DNA of 31,460 nucleotides. Origin: a virus. Its lineage: Duplodnaviria; Caudoviricetes. The translations under genes were made by a program, and so were the position numbers. The stretch is taken from the IMG/VR virus record IMGVR_UViG_3300049070_000051, positions 1 to 31,460 of that record, one strand, 5' to 3'. Shown here one piece after another: positions 15,598-27,800 of this stretch (position 1 is the first letter of the stretch; every line of letters starts with the position of its first letter). The notes below the pieces were generated by a model. It did no database searches and was not told the origin of the DNA. It was given only the letters and a program-made list of their open reading frames with translations.

Positions 15598-18500
15598 ATG
15601 GTAATAGTAAGAGACTTTTCTGGTGGTTTGGACATGGATTCTCACGCCCCGCGTGTGGGGCGAAATAATTACGTTGATAGCCTAAACATTACACACAATG
15701 CAAAAAACAAAGCAGGATCAATCTTCCATCTGGTCGGAAATCGCGTTGTTGCTTTTGCAATGCCGACAGGAACCAATGTCTGCATCGGGGCAAAGGCAGA
15801 TGTCCTTCGCAACCGAATTATCTTCTTTAACTGGAACAGCGCAGGGAATCACTTCATTGCCAAATTCGATAAAGATACCCGTACTATAACAAAAATACTG
15901 GAAGACTTAACCGACACCAATGATATTGCGGTGTTGAATTTTCAACGAAACTTTCGTGTAAATGACATTGATATTATTCATAGGGACGAGGACGGTGACT
16001 TGCTTTTTTTCAATGACGCTTATAATGCGCCGTTTGGCTTTAATATAGATACCATTTCGGATTACATTGCTGGTGGCGTAACCGACGATCTTGTGCATCT
16101 TGCAAAGCGACCGCCACTTGACCCACCTACACCTGTATATGCTTCAGATGAAAATGTGGAAGTAAACAGCCTTCGCAACAAACTGTTTCAGTTTAAGTAT
16201 CGTTGGGTTTATAAGGACGGGTACAAGTCTACGTGGTCGCCCATCTCAAAAGTTGTGCTGCCCATCAGCGGATACAGTGTAGTAACAGACACTAATCCAT
16301 CTGAAAACAATGTCATTGAAGTGCAGCTCAATGGTGGCGGTGCGGACTACCAAAAAATAGAAATCAGTATGCGTGAATCCAATGGGACAACGTGGGGCGA
16401 CTTCTATTTGGTGGACAGTTTAGACAGGGATGACTACAGTATTTCGCCTGAAGATACCTACACCTATAACTTCTACAATGACGGCGCGTACACTGTGCTT
16501 AACCAGGAAGAATCCGATTTACTGTATAGTTATATTCCGCCCAAAGCAAACACACAGTCCATCGTAGATGGTAAGTACATAGTGTATGCGGGCATCACGG
16601 AAGGATATGATACGATTCCGCGCAGTGAAATTAACGTGCAGTTATCTACGCGACTGATTGATACCAGCCCTAACGAAACACCAACTTCACCGCCAAGTTT
16701 AACGTACACCACATTGAGTACGCCCTCTGGGTCAAGCCCAACTGACTACAAGTTGTTCCTATACATCGGGGCAAGTGTTTCAGGCGGGTGCGTGTACCAT
16801 GCAGGGTTCATAACTTCTCCAATAAGCGGTGTCAGCTACACGCTGAATGCACAATATATAGCACTCAATACTGATACAGTAACAGATGTGCGCAGCGGAT
16901 TGATTGCAGCGATAGATGCGCAATTGGGACCAAACTTCACGGTGCAGGTAAATGGTGCTGACAGTATAAAAATTGAAACAAACGTATTCCCAAGCGTCGG
17001 CGGCGGATTGTATAACAGTATTAATGTGTATGCTGTCGGTCCGTCAGCAACACAGGGAAGTACATCAGTGTGGAAGTGGAATTCGCGCTATCGCTTCGGC
17101 ATCGTGTATTACGATAAGTACGGACGCACCAATGGCGTTATTTCGTTTGTGACTTCTGAATCGGACGTAACTGATTTTGCGGTAGTGATACCCGACTTTG
17201 CCGTGTATTCTGGCAACAGTTATGCGCCACGCATTGCGGTCGTTACAGCATCCATCGGGCATGAGCCTCCTGAATGGGCGGTATCAATGCAATGGGTACG
17301 CACTAAAAACTTATCGGTAGCCAAGTATGTGCAGTATATCACTTGTCAGGTTGATCTTGACGACGATTATATTTACTTGTGTATTGCAAACCTTGACCAA
17401 TTCAAACTCGATAATACGGGATTCGTTCCATCTTACGACTTTGTGAAAGGAGATCGTGTACGTGTAATGACTAATATAGATACTTCTGATTCAGGCAACA
17501 TACATTACAGCGAATCCTACACAAAGGATGATTATGAAGTTATCGGGGTGGTTTCGCGCCCAGTAACCGCAGCAGGTGTAGACGGGGTAGGACGGTTCCT
17601 TAAAGTTCGTCGCCCATCTATAGCTAAGACATACAGCACATTCCAGTTAATAGAAATATACACACCCGCGCTTAGATCAAGAGATGACGAGCAGGTTTTT
17701 TATGAGTTCGGTCAGTCATACCAGATATACACCGATGATGACGGCAATCGCCTTCACACGGGCAGCAAGGCAGATCAAACCTTGTCGCAGCCTGCACAGT
17801 ACGAATTCAGAGAAGGTGACGATTATTTTAAATTCAGAAGAATATACAGCTTCGTGCTTGCGGGGGGTACTGGCAACTTTATCTTCTCTATGATGGATGC
17901 CAATTATGCCGACTATTGGAGTAGTGCGGTAAGTTCAAATGGTCGCCCGCTGGTTATAGATGAAAATGCCAAGCAGGTGTACGATCCTGCCCTGATACGT
18001 TTTAGCCAAGCATACGAAGAAGGCACAAGCATCAATGCGATTAATATTTTCTACCCATTAAACTACATACGCGCAATCAGAGATTATGGGGACATCAAGA
18101 AGATATTCCCCTGGAATAACGATCTGATCGTTTGTCAGAAATTCAAGATTGGTCATTCGCCAGTATTCCAGACCGTAGTACAATACGTGAATGGACAGGA
18201 TACCGTTGTGTCGGACAGGCTGCTAAATCCTGTTCAATACTTCAAAGGGCAGTACGGCGTTGGCGACTATGCGAACAGCGTTGTAGTGACAGAGAGCGCG
18301 ATTTATTTCTGGGACAGCAACCGAAAAATCAATTGCAGAATATCGCAAAGTGGTATTGACCCTATCTCAAAACAGAACAACGCTAACGCTTACGCGAACC
18401 AGAACTGTGTTGCCCGCAATGTACATGGCGTGTACGATTCGGAAAATGATGTATATATGACGTTCTTTGATGTTGTGCAGGATGTTATTGCAGCAACAGC

Positions 18501-19011
18501 AATAGCGTGGAATGAAAGGCGTAAGTCGTATGAATCAAAATTAAGTCTCGACCCAGAAATGGCCTGCGAAATAAACGGATTGGTTTGCACATGGAAGAAC
18601 GGTGCGCTGTGGACGCATGATGACGAAGAAAACCTGAACTCGTTCTTTGGCACAGTGTACGAATCGTATGTCGTTCCGGTATTTAATGACGAAGGTTCAA
18701 AGAAGAAAGTATTTGAAAACCTTACGCTATTGTCCGGCGCAGCATGGGACGTACCTACGATGGAAACAAATGTGAAATCGTATCTGGAAACAGTGCAGGC
18801 TTCTTATTTAAAGGAAGCATCGTTCGTTCCCAGTGAGGGCGAATTTCATGCAGCGATACCGCCCGACAGCAATTCGCCAGGGGCAAGGGTAAACGGCGCA
18901 GCAATGAAAGGGCAGTGGCTAAAAGCAAAGATTCGCAAAGAAGTACCCACAGTGTACTCTTACTTGTCCGCTGTGATTTTAAACAATGAAATATCTCCGA
19001 AGAGCCCATGA
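15598..19011 (+). CDS. Tail stabilisation / muzzle protein (P22 gp10 / T7 gp12-like position)
   Basis: 1137 aa, beta-rich. N-terminal FSGGLDMDS...YVDSLN, FQFKYRWVYKDG..STWSP, YRFGIVYYDKYGR, IYFWD, C-terminal MKGQWLKAKI. Confidence 0.75.
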   Translation: MVIVRDFSGGLDMDSHAPRVGRNNYVDSLNITHNAKNKAGSIFHLVGNRVVAFAMPTGTNVCIGAKADVLRNRIIFFNWNSAGNHFIAKFDKDTRTITKILEDLTDTNDIAVLNFQRNFRVNDIDIIHRDEDGDLLFFNDAYNAPFGFNIDTISDYIAGGVTDDLVHLAKRPPLDPPTPVYASDENVEVNSLRNKLFQFKYRWVYKDGYKSTWSPISKVVLPISGYSVVTDTNPSENNVIEVQLNGGGADYQKIEISMRESNGTTWGDFYLVDSLDRDDYSISPEDTYTYNFYNDGAYTVLNQEESDLLYSYIPPKANTQSIVDGKYIVYAGITEGYDTIPRSEINVQLSTRLIDTSPNETPTSPPSLTYTTLSTPSGSSPTDYKLFLYIGASVSGGCVYHAGFITSPISGVSYTLNAQYIALNTDTVTDVRSGLIAAIDAQLGPNFTVQVNGADSIKIETNVFPSVGGGLYNSINVYAVGPSATQGSTSVWKWNSRYRFGIVYYDKYGRTNGVISFVTSESDVTDFAVVIPDFAVYSGNSYAPRIAVVTASIGHEPPEWAVSMQWVRTKNLSVAKYVQYITCQVDLDDDYIYLCIANLDQFKLDNTGFVPSYDFVKGDRVRVMTNIDTSDSGNIHYSESYTKDDYEVIGVVSRPVTAAGVDGVGRFLKVRRPSIAKTYSTFQLIEIYTPALRSRDDEQVFYEFGQSYQIYTDDDGNRLHTGSKADQTLSQPAQYEFREGDDYFKFRRIYSFVLAGGTGNFIFSMMDANYADYWSSAVSSNGRPLVIDENAKQVYDPALIRFSQAYEEGTSINAINIFYPLNYIRAIRDYGDIKKIFPWNNDLIVCQKFKIGHSPVFQTVVQYVNGQDTVVSDRLLNPVQYFKGQYGVGDYANSVVVTESAIYFWDSNRKINCRISQSGIDPISKQNNANAYANQNCVARNVHGVYDSENDVYMTFFDVVQDVIAATAIAWNERRKSYESKLSLDPEMACEINGLVCTWKNGALWTHDDEENLNSFFGTVYESYVVPVFNDEGSKKKVFENLTLLSGAAWDVPTMETNVKSYLETVQASYLKEASFVPSEGEFHAAIPPDSNSPGARVNGAAMKGQWLKAKIRKEVPTVYSYLSAVILNNEISPKSP

Positions 19012-19667
19012 GTAAGATAAATTATATTTCAGGACAAGAACTCGGATCGGCTGTGTATATACGGGAAGCGTATATCACTCACGTTAGGTTCGCAACATTC
19101 CTATGTAAGTGTGGCAAGGAGTTTACCGCAAGCGTGTCGTCCGTTAAAAGTGGGCACACCAAATCATGCGGCTGCTATTACAAAGAATCGCGTGGAAAGG
19201 CTATGATTACACACGGCGCAACGATGGTAAAAGGTTCTCCATATAAATCTTGGGAGGGCATTAAAGGGCGCTGCCTAAATCCTAATCATAGGGATTACCA
19301 AAAGTATGGTGGCAGAGGCATTACGATGTGTGATGCGTGGGCTAACTCATACGAGCAATTCGCCGCAGACATGGGACCGCGACCATCATTGAAACATAGC
19401 GTGGATAGGATTGACAACGATAAAGGGTATTACAAAGAAAATTGTAGATGGGCAACACAGAAAACGCAAAACAGAAATCGTCGCATCAACGTCCTCATAA
19501 CGTACTTGGGTAGGACACAGACAATGGCGGATTGGTGCGAAGAATTAGGCGTTAAATACAAGATGGTTCAACGTCGGATAAAAGAAAATGGGTGGAATCA
19601 TATTGATGCACTCACGACACCATTACAACAGAAATATTCACATAAAAACCAAACATTATGCCATTAG
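19008..19667 (+). CDS. HNH-like (beta-beta-alpha-metal) homing endonuclease with Cys-rich N-terminus
   Basis: CKCG, TKSCGC, W..IK.RC, YGGRGI.MC..W, SVDRIDNDKGY...NCRWAT..Q.RN, and a C-terminal HTH-like segment. Confidence 0.85.
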   Translation: MSKINYISGQELGSAVYIREAYITHVRFATFLCKCGKEFTASVSSVKSGHTKSCGCYYKESRGKAMITHGATMVKGSPYKSWEGIKGRCLNPNHRDYQKYGGRGITMCDAWANSYEQFAADMGPRPSLKHSVDRIDNDKGYYKENCRWATQKTQNRNRRINVLITYLGRTQTMADWCEELGVKYKMVQRRIKENGWNHIDALTTPLQQKYSHKNQTLCH

Positions 19668-20257
19668 GAGCCGGTGCAATCGTCGGGGGCGTTCAAGCGT
19701 TAGGGGGGATGCTTCAGGGCATCATAGGTTCTTCCCGCGCCCGTAGGACACAGCGGGAGTTGGAGAATTTGCAAACCCCAACAGAGCAATCGAATGCCGC
19801 AGTGAATAATCTTTACGCGGGAGCGAATGCCGACCCATACAGTTCGTCGTTTTATAAAATGCAGCAGCAGAATGCAGGTCGCGCAACCGTCAATGGCTTG
19901 CGTGGTGCGCAGGACAGGCGTGGTGGGCTTGCTATTGTGGGCAATCTGGTGCGTGGTCAGAATGATGCGCTATTACGTGCAGGGGCAACCGCAGAACAAC
20001 AGCAGCAGCAGAGGCTTGCCCAAGCCACAGGATTTAAAGTACGCGACGACCAGCGTTTATTCGACATCAATAAAATGATGCCCTACCAAAAGAAGTTCGG
20101 ACTGCTTGCCCAGAAAGCATCGGGCGCAAACCAACTTGCCAATGCGGGGTGGAAAAATCTTTTCGGCGGGTTGCAGACAGCGGCGATGGGCGGTGTAGGC
20201 GGCGGCGGAAAGAGCAGCGGGACACCAAATTATTTGTCATACGGAGAAGGTGAATAA
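19658..20257 (+). CDS. Putative ejection (internal virion/cargo) protein 1
   Basis: Gly/Ala-rich hydrophobic termini around a Q/R-rich helical core. First non-mobile gene after the muzzle-like gene. Confidence 0.6.
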   Translation: MPLGAGAIVGGVQALGGMLQGIIGSSRARRTQRELENLQTPTEQSNAAVNNLYAGANADPYSSSFYKMQQQNAGRATVNGLRGAQDRRGGLAIVGNLVRGQNDALLRAGATAEQQQQQRLAQATGFKVRDDQRLFDINKMMPYQKKFGLLAQKASGANQLANAGWKNLFGGLQTAAMGGVGGGGKSSGTPNYLSYGEGE

Positions 20258-20278
20258 CAAAAAATATTCTTAAACAAA

Positions 20279-21835
20279 ATGCAGTACGGGATTCCCCATA
20301 TACCAAGAGATTTATATACCGCTGGCGCAGTGGTGGTCGACAGTCGCCCGCTTGCCCAAATGCTGTACATGGAAAACAAGCAAAGACTTGCAAGGCAGCA
20401 GCAGGAGGACAAAGAACTGGATAAATTAACGCAGGGTTCGTTAGGCGGCGTGTTCGCCCCAGACCAAGCCGATGCCGTTAAGAAGTACCAGACATGGCAT
20501 GATTCGCGTACAAGAGTATTGCATGATAAGAAATTGCGTAGGGATCGTGTGGGCTATGCGCAGGCGCAATCAGAAGAAAAGAAAAACTTTCAGGACTTCA
20601 TGGACTTTGCTGCCAAAAGCAAGCAGCGTCATGAATTCGTAAAAGAAGTTCGCGGGCTAAAGCCTGATGAACGTGACGATGCGTATGGTCAGAACTTGCA
20701 AGCGTACTCCAAAACACCAATGCTGAAGTTGCCGGAAGATCTGTCGAATACCGACACATATAGATACATGGGGTTGGACTACGATGCGACTAAATTAAAT
20801 GAAACGGCAAGGGGCAAAGAGGTAGATGCAGAAATGGACGGCGGACCATCTGCCCCAGAAAGCATGACCAAAAAAATAAACATCTACAGTAGGCGCGAAA
20901 ACAATCCTGCCCAGATGGAATCAATATACTTTAATGCGGCATCGGAGCAAAAGGGCAAAAAGTATTTACGTGCGCAAGCAGCAATGCTTACGCCCGACAC
21001 AATGAATCAAATTGACGAAGCGATTGCAAACGTTCCTGACGATGTATGGAAGGTGATGGGCGGTAAAGCAGATTTATCAGTGAAGCATCCTGAATTACCT
21101 GAAAGCGTTGCCGCAAATTATCTTGCCAAAAAAACTTTTCTCGAAAACCTGCCCCGCCTGAAGAAAACGGAAGACAGACTTGATGTAGATAAGAAAATGA
21201 AAGCCGACCAAGCATTCACGGAGAAGATGGCGAAGATGAAACACAAGTGGGACACCGATGAAATCTACTTAAAAGATTCGTTGGAAACAGCGAAAGGTGC
21301 GGATGCGGATAATAAGATTGAAGGGTATATGCAGCAGTTGGAATCGGAAGCGAAAGCAGCAGGTATAAAGCGCAAGGATTATGATATTAAGAATGGTAAG
21401 GAAATAAACAATCATCCATACGTTCTTGCCCCACTTACATCAACGCTTGCAAAAGCATTTGAGCGCGTCGATAAATACGGCTACAAAGTGCAGCCGCAGG
21501 AATTGGGTATCGACGATAAGGGAAACTTCATACCGATATTTTACGAACAGGAAGTTATAAAAGAGAAGGACGGGAAGGGCAAAGAAACAGGTAAAGAATC
21601 GTTGCAATTCAAAAAAGATAAAAATGGTTCAAACTTTATTGATAGAACGTTATCGAAACCTATTCCCCGCGCACTTGCGAAAACAGACATTGCTAATGCC
21701 TTCCTGACACCTAAGTTGACAGAAGCAGCAATGCCTTCGCCTGCGGGATCAAATGCTTCGCCAAGCAGTGCGCCCACCAAAACAAAAAAGACAACCGTAA
21801 TAAAATTAAAGACTGGATCATTAGATAGTTTGTAA
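20279..21835 (+). CDS. Putative ejection (cargo) protein 2
   Basis: 518 aa, charged, helical and Cys-free. Lies between the small and the giant cargo-like genes. Confidence 0.55.
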   Translation: MQYGIPHIPRDLYTAGAVVVDSRPLAQMLYMENKQRLARQQQEDKELDKLTQGSLGGVFAPDQADAVKKYQTWHDSRTRVLHDKKLRRDRVGYAQAQSEEKKNFQDFMDFAAKSKQRHEFVKEVRGLKPDERDDAYGQNLQAYSKTPMLKLPEDLSNTDTYRYMGLDYDATKLNETARGKEVDAEMDGGPSAPESMTKKINIYSRRENNPAQMESIYFNAASEQKGKKYLRAQAAMLTPDTMNQIDEAIANVPDDVWKVMGGKADLSVKHPELPESVAANYLAKKTFLENLPRLKKTEDRLDVDKKMKADQAFTEKMAKMKHKWDTDEIYLKDSLETAKGADADNKIEGYMQQLESEAKAAGIKRKDYDIKNGKEINNHPYVLAPLTSTLAKAFERVDKYGYKVQPQELGIDDKGNFIPIFYEQEVIKEKDGKGKETGKESLQFKKDKNGSNFIDRTLSKPIPRALAKTDIANAFLTPKLTEAAMPSPAGSNASPSSAPTKTKKTTVIKLKTGSLDSL

Positions 21836-24800
21836 ATGACTGAAGAACTTATACAGGAAGCCCCGACACAGGAACAGCCACAGCAAGCAGCCCCGCCACC
21901 GCAGGAACCACCTGCTAAAAGAAAGTTGTATGACAATCTTAATGGAGCAGGATTCTACACGAAGTCTTACGAAGATTTTGATAAGCAATTCAGCACACCA
22001 GAAAAAAGAGAAAAACTATACAACTCATTAAGCGGGGCGAAGTATTACACCAAGTCCAAAGATGAATTTGAAAAGCAATTCTTCAACGACCCGATACCGC
22101 AGGAACCGCCTGCCCCAGAAGAAATACCGACAGTAGATACTATTCGCCAATTGCAGCAGCAGGCGGATACATTGCCGAAGGATACAAATGTGACGACCAA
22201 CATGGCGGGCAATCAATTAACGATTGTTGCCGATACAACTGGCGCAGAAAAACAGAAAGAAGCCCAAACGCAATTGACTGACAAACTCGCTGACACAGCG
22301 AAAGAATGGGGCGTAGATAAAACAGACCTGAAAGATGCCGTTAAAAACTTCCCGCATTATAGTGATGAAGGCGTCAAGAAGATGGCGCAGTTGGCGAAGG
22401 AAAACCCAACACAATACACGCGCTTTGTCGCCGGAAGCCTATTGCAGAACACGCTTGCTAAAGCAGGCGCAGAAGTTCCCCACGAAGTAAAAATGTATGA
22501 TGAACAGGGACACAAGTTGTCATCCATTGGCGCAGCGAATAAAGTGAATCAGTTGATGGACGTTCACGATGTCGCACAGCTTGCCCAGAACGTACCATTA
22601 CAGCAGCAATTAATAAACACCTACACAGTAGGAAATGCGATTGCCCGTAAAGATGCAAATGAAGCACTTCGTTATTCGCAAGCCCCGCTAATAAATACAC
22701 TTGACAATACCGTAATGGAAGAATACCAGAAAAGCGGTATGCAGGGATTGTTGAATAAGTATCAGTTCGCGGGATTGCTTACGGAAAAATTATTCGATCC
22801 GCAGCAATACGAAGAAGATACGAAGATGCTCAATTATCTGGGTAGCACAGATGGACAGAAAGATTCAAAAGAAGGCGTGTATGATTTCAAGCGTGGTGCA
22901 GAGCAGTTGAAATGGAAGCTGGAAGCAAGCGGGCGCGAAAACGACCAACGGTATTTGGCGGAAAACAAAATTGAATTAAATAAAAATATTGAACATCTCG
23001 CAGGTGAAGTAAAAAAACAAATCGAATCTGCCCAGACAGACGAAGAAAAACAGTCGCTTGTTGACGCTTTCAATCAACACCCGATGGTGGGTGAAATGGC
23101 GCGTTTGGAAGGTGCTGAAGAAGATCTTCGCAATGCCGTTGGAACAGATGAACAACGCTTCCCGATGCGGGCAACAGAAGCAGCAGACAGGATTGTGCAG
23201 GAAGCAAGTGATGACGATGGATTTTTTGGTTCCGCATGGAAGATGATAAAAAGATTCCCTGCAAGTGCTGGTAAGATTGCCGACGAAACGGCTGGATGGA
23301 TACAGAATGCTTTCATCAATATGCTTGCCACGCGAGAAGTGCAGGCGGAACTTAAAATACACAACATTGGGCACTCAAAATCATACGACAACCTATTCTT
23401 TCAACCACAGTCGTATTCCGGCGTACAGCGTCCCTTCGATATTCCAAAATCAGTAGTGAAGGGTGTGCAGGACATCCTCAATGGTGACTTGCCCGACATA
23501 CAGAAGAAGGCCGCAGCAATGAAATACGTGCGCGACAATCAGGATAAGATAACTGTCAATCCGAATGCGGGTCAACACAACTGGACATTCAAATCTGGGT
23601 TAAATGCGGGGCTTGATATGGTTGGTGCAATTGTCGGGATAGGTATGCAGTCTATGGCGATGGGCAATGTCGCGGGTGGCGCAAGTAAGATAAAGAATAT
23701 GATTACTGCGTTCACGCCAATGTTTATGAGTATGCAGCAGGACTTATATGGCAAGGCAGTAGCTAATGGCGAGAATGACCCGTACTTGAAAACAACCGCT
23801 GAATCTGCCATTGTTTCTATGGCAGGTCTAATCGGGGGCAATACTCCCGCTAAAGTTCTTCGCGGGATGCTCGGCAAGCAAAAAGTTGTGGGCAGGATTA
23901 TCGCTGGAATGGACGACCAGACGATTCAGAGTATTTTATCAAAAAACAAGAAATGGGTAAGCCAAATTGGAGAATTCGCAAAGGGGTCAGCGAAGCAGTT
24001 AGGACTTGCAAGCACACAGTATGGATTAATCGCGCCTGTTGCAGAAACCGCTTTCCAAAGAAATTATCTCGGAGAAGATGTTGACCTGAAGGGTAAGATA
24101 AAAGACGGGATGATAAATACGTGGGTAACGATGGCAATACCTGCGTTGTTTCATGGTGTGCAAAGTGTACGGGCAACGAATGTGTCGCCCATGCAAAGGC
24201 TATCCATATACGAAGCGGCATTGAATTCTAAAAACAGATTGGAGATTATTGCCCTTCAGGAAAAAGCCGGACAACTTTCAGAAGTGCAGGCGCATCAAAT
24301 GAGAACTATCGTTGAACGTGCAGCCAAAGCATTGAAGGAACTTCCTGGTGATAAGAAGATGACCGAACAGAAACGTGCGGACATCGTATACAACATGGTG
24401 CGCAAAGAAGCACTCAAAGGAAGACTAAAAGACGCGAAGACTGATTTACATAAGTCAAATATCGAAGCGAAGATTGATGAAATTGATGCAGAGATTTCCG
24501 ACATCAAAAAGGCAAAGGTTGAAGAACCGAAACCTGAAGAAGCTGTTGAGCAACCTACAGCGAATGACCTGTCCCCTGAAGAACAAAAAGTAATTCAGGC
24601 TATTCAGGAAACAATGAAGGACCGCACCGACATGGGCGGCAAAGTCATTTACGAAGCATCGCTTGACCCTGCAAAGCAAAAGGAGATAATTCAGAACCTT
24701 CTCGATCAATCAGTAGATGCAGAATCGTTCATGGACATGGCAAATGTCGATGTGCTTGACGCAGTGTATATGCTTCAGGAGAAAACCGGACAGGAAAGCG

Positions 24801-27800
24801 CATACAAAACGCATGAAGAACTCGGCGTGGATACAGGAGATATAGGAATGGTTGCCCCACCAGAGAAGAAGTCGGGCGTTTCTGTTATCATGCCTGGGGA
24901 ACAAAGGAATATTCCGACCACTACGATTGAGCCAAAGACAGTACATACTTCATCTGTGGCGAAGGTGCGCGAAAAGGTTAGCCCGCTAAGCGAAGAACCA
25001 GTAAGCCAATTTGAGGGCAAGCCGATAGCGCAAGAAAAGGTTGGTTTCAATAAAGACACCAAAGGCAATAAGCCTTTCGTTACTAAAAGCGGTAAGCAGA
25101 AAGTAATTTTCAGGAAGGGTAAAATGGTAGTGAAGAATATCAACGGATTGCCAGTTAGCCGCGCAACTGCTCGGAAGGCGGTAGATGAATACTTTGAAGC
25201 GTTTGAATTCAATCATGGCGAGAAGGCGAAGGTGGACGATAATTGGAATATGTTCGATCCTGACATTCAGGGGTACGTTGCCCAATCAAGTGAAAACCCG
25301 TATGAGATAGCATCTATATATGGTATGCAGCAACCCGTTAGTATGCTAAATACCAAAGAGATGATGATTGCGGAGTACGGTATGGGTAAATTCAAGCCTG
25401 AATCATTCTATCAGCATGGCGACAGGAATTTAATTACTGCGGACTTGGCTAAGAATTACTTCCCTAAAAAGAATAACTTAGCGGAGCAGAGAAGGGCAGC
25501 CGATATTGATGCGACAGCAAAAGAGATGTCCGACCATTATGGAGTTGAAATTACGCCGCAAGATATTATCGACTTCATGGTTAAGCATGAAAAAGGTGTA
25601 GAGGCTGCACTTCAAATGGTTGATTCAGACGCTAAGTTTTTAGCAGAAAAGAGTTTCAAGGAATTAACTGGAATAGAACTTACTCCTGAAGTTGCTAAGA
25701 AGGTAATTGACAAGGAATACAACAAACTTTCAAAAGTAGAGCAGGAACTTGCTCAACAAGAATATGAAACAGCCGAACAACTCCAAAACGAATACTGGGA
25801 AGCCTACGAAGCCACTGACGGATTTACAAAAGAAAGTTCTCCTTATTCAGTTGAACAAACAGGCAAAACTAAAGAAGGCGACCCCGCCGAATTCATAGGC
25901 ATCACGCATGAGCAGATGAACGAAGTTGCCCGCGAACTCGGTCTGCCTGAATACGAAAAATCCCCAGAGAAAGAAGCCGATTGGATTGCTGAAGCCAAGC
26001 AGCGTGTAACTGACGGTGAAATGCCCGCGTTACTGGACAAGATGCGCAACGGTGAAATGATTACCGCAGTCGAACAAAAGATGATCGGCGTATATGCAGC
26101 CGACCTTAAAGCCAAATTAAATAAAGATCCAAAAAACGATTCACTGCTTGCAGAGTGGAAGCGTATGCGCAACCTTTCTGACATTGTAGGTGGAAGATTT
26201 GCTGGACAATCGCTTCGCGCCCGCCAGGGAATCATGCCCGTTGAAGAAACCGTTGTGGACTTTATGACCCGCAACATGGAAGAAACAAACGTGGACAGGC
26301 TTACCGATAAACAGAAGGAAGATAATATTCGTGAGAACGAAGAAATCACCAGCGCAAAAGAGCAGTATGAAGCGAAGATTGCGAAACTGGAAGCAGAAGT
26401 CGCCAAAGCAACAGCAGAGCGTAAAATAAAAGAGCAGGCTAAGAAAGCGAAGAAAAATAAAACGCATGAAGATTATGTTGCGGACAGAAAAACACTGAAA
26501 GAAAAGCTGCGTGAAGCCAAACTTTCGCATGAGCAGAAGATGAAGGATATGGGCATACACAAACAGGGTATTGCCCCAACGCTAACAGGCGACATGATAA
26601 AAATAATCGCAAAGATTATCGAAAGCCATGTCGATGAAGGTGTGAACAACCTTGCCCATCTTATCAAAAAAGCGAAGCTGGAAATTCAGGAAGAACTACC
26701 TGATATAACAGACGAGGACATACGCGACATATTTACCGGAGAATTCAACGAAAAGAAAAGCAAAAATCAGTTGTTGTCTAAAAGATACGAACTGATGATG
26801 GAAGCGAAGTTGCAGAAGAAACTCGAAGCGTTGATGGCAACGGGGAAGAAAGCGAAGACTGAAAAACAGAAGCGCATCTACAACAAGGAAGTAACGGAAC
26901 TGAAGGATAAGGTTAAGGAATTGGAGAAACAGATAGCAAAAGAGGAAAGGGAAAGCAAGGAGCCGAAAACAGTAGAAGAAAAAGAAGCATCTGCCCTCAA
27001 AGCAATCAAAACCCGTACACAGAAACAGCTTGACCATATACAGGAACAGTTGAATACCGGAAACTTTACAGAAGATGTAAAGAAAAATATTCCGTTGGAC
27101 AAAGAAGCGCGTGAACTGAAGGACAAGTTGATGGACTTGAAGATTCAGCGCGAAACCAGAATACTGCGCGAAAAATATCAGAATCAATCTGGTCTTGAAA
27201 AGACAGGACAGTTTGGTTTGGAACTTGCGAACCTGACCAGAACCATCATGTCATCAACGGATTTATCTGCACCGTTCCGTCAGGGATTGGTCGCTTTTGT
27301 CGCCCACCCGATTGTGGGTATTAAATCATTCGGAAAAATGCTTGGGGCGGCAGTATCGCAGAAGCAGGTAGACAGATTCTTCTATGACCTGCACAATAGC
27401 GCGGACTATCATTTGATGGAGCAAACTGGATTGGGTATTACCGACCCGCTGAATCCGAAACTGACAGCGAAGGAAGAAGCGTTTATGAATAACATTGCCC
27501 AGAAAATACCTATTGCGGGAACTGTTATCAAGGGTTCTGAAAGGGCATACGTAATGTTCCTGAATAATATGCGTGTTGAAGTTTTCCGTCAGGGTAAGAC
27601 TGCATTCGAGGCTAACGGTAAGACAATGGAAAATAACCCGCAGTTGTATAAGTCTCTTGCGGACCATATCAATAATATAACAGGTCGCGGTAAACTTCAT
27701 CCGAAACTGGAAGGTAGTGCGCCTGTGTTGAATGCGTTTTTCTTCTCGCCCCGTCTGATGGCATCAAGACTGAACTTGCTGACCAACTTTATGAACCCAC

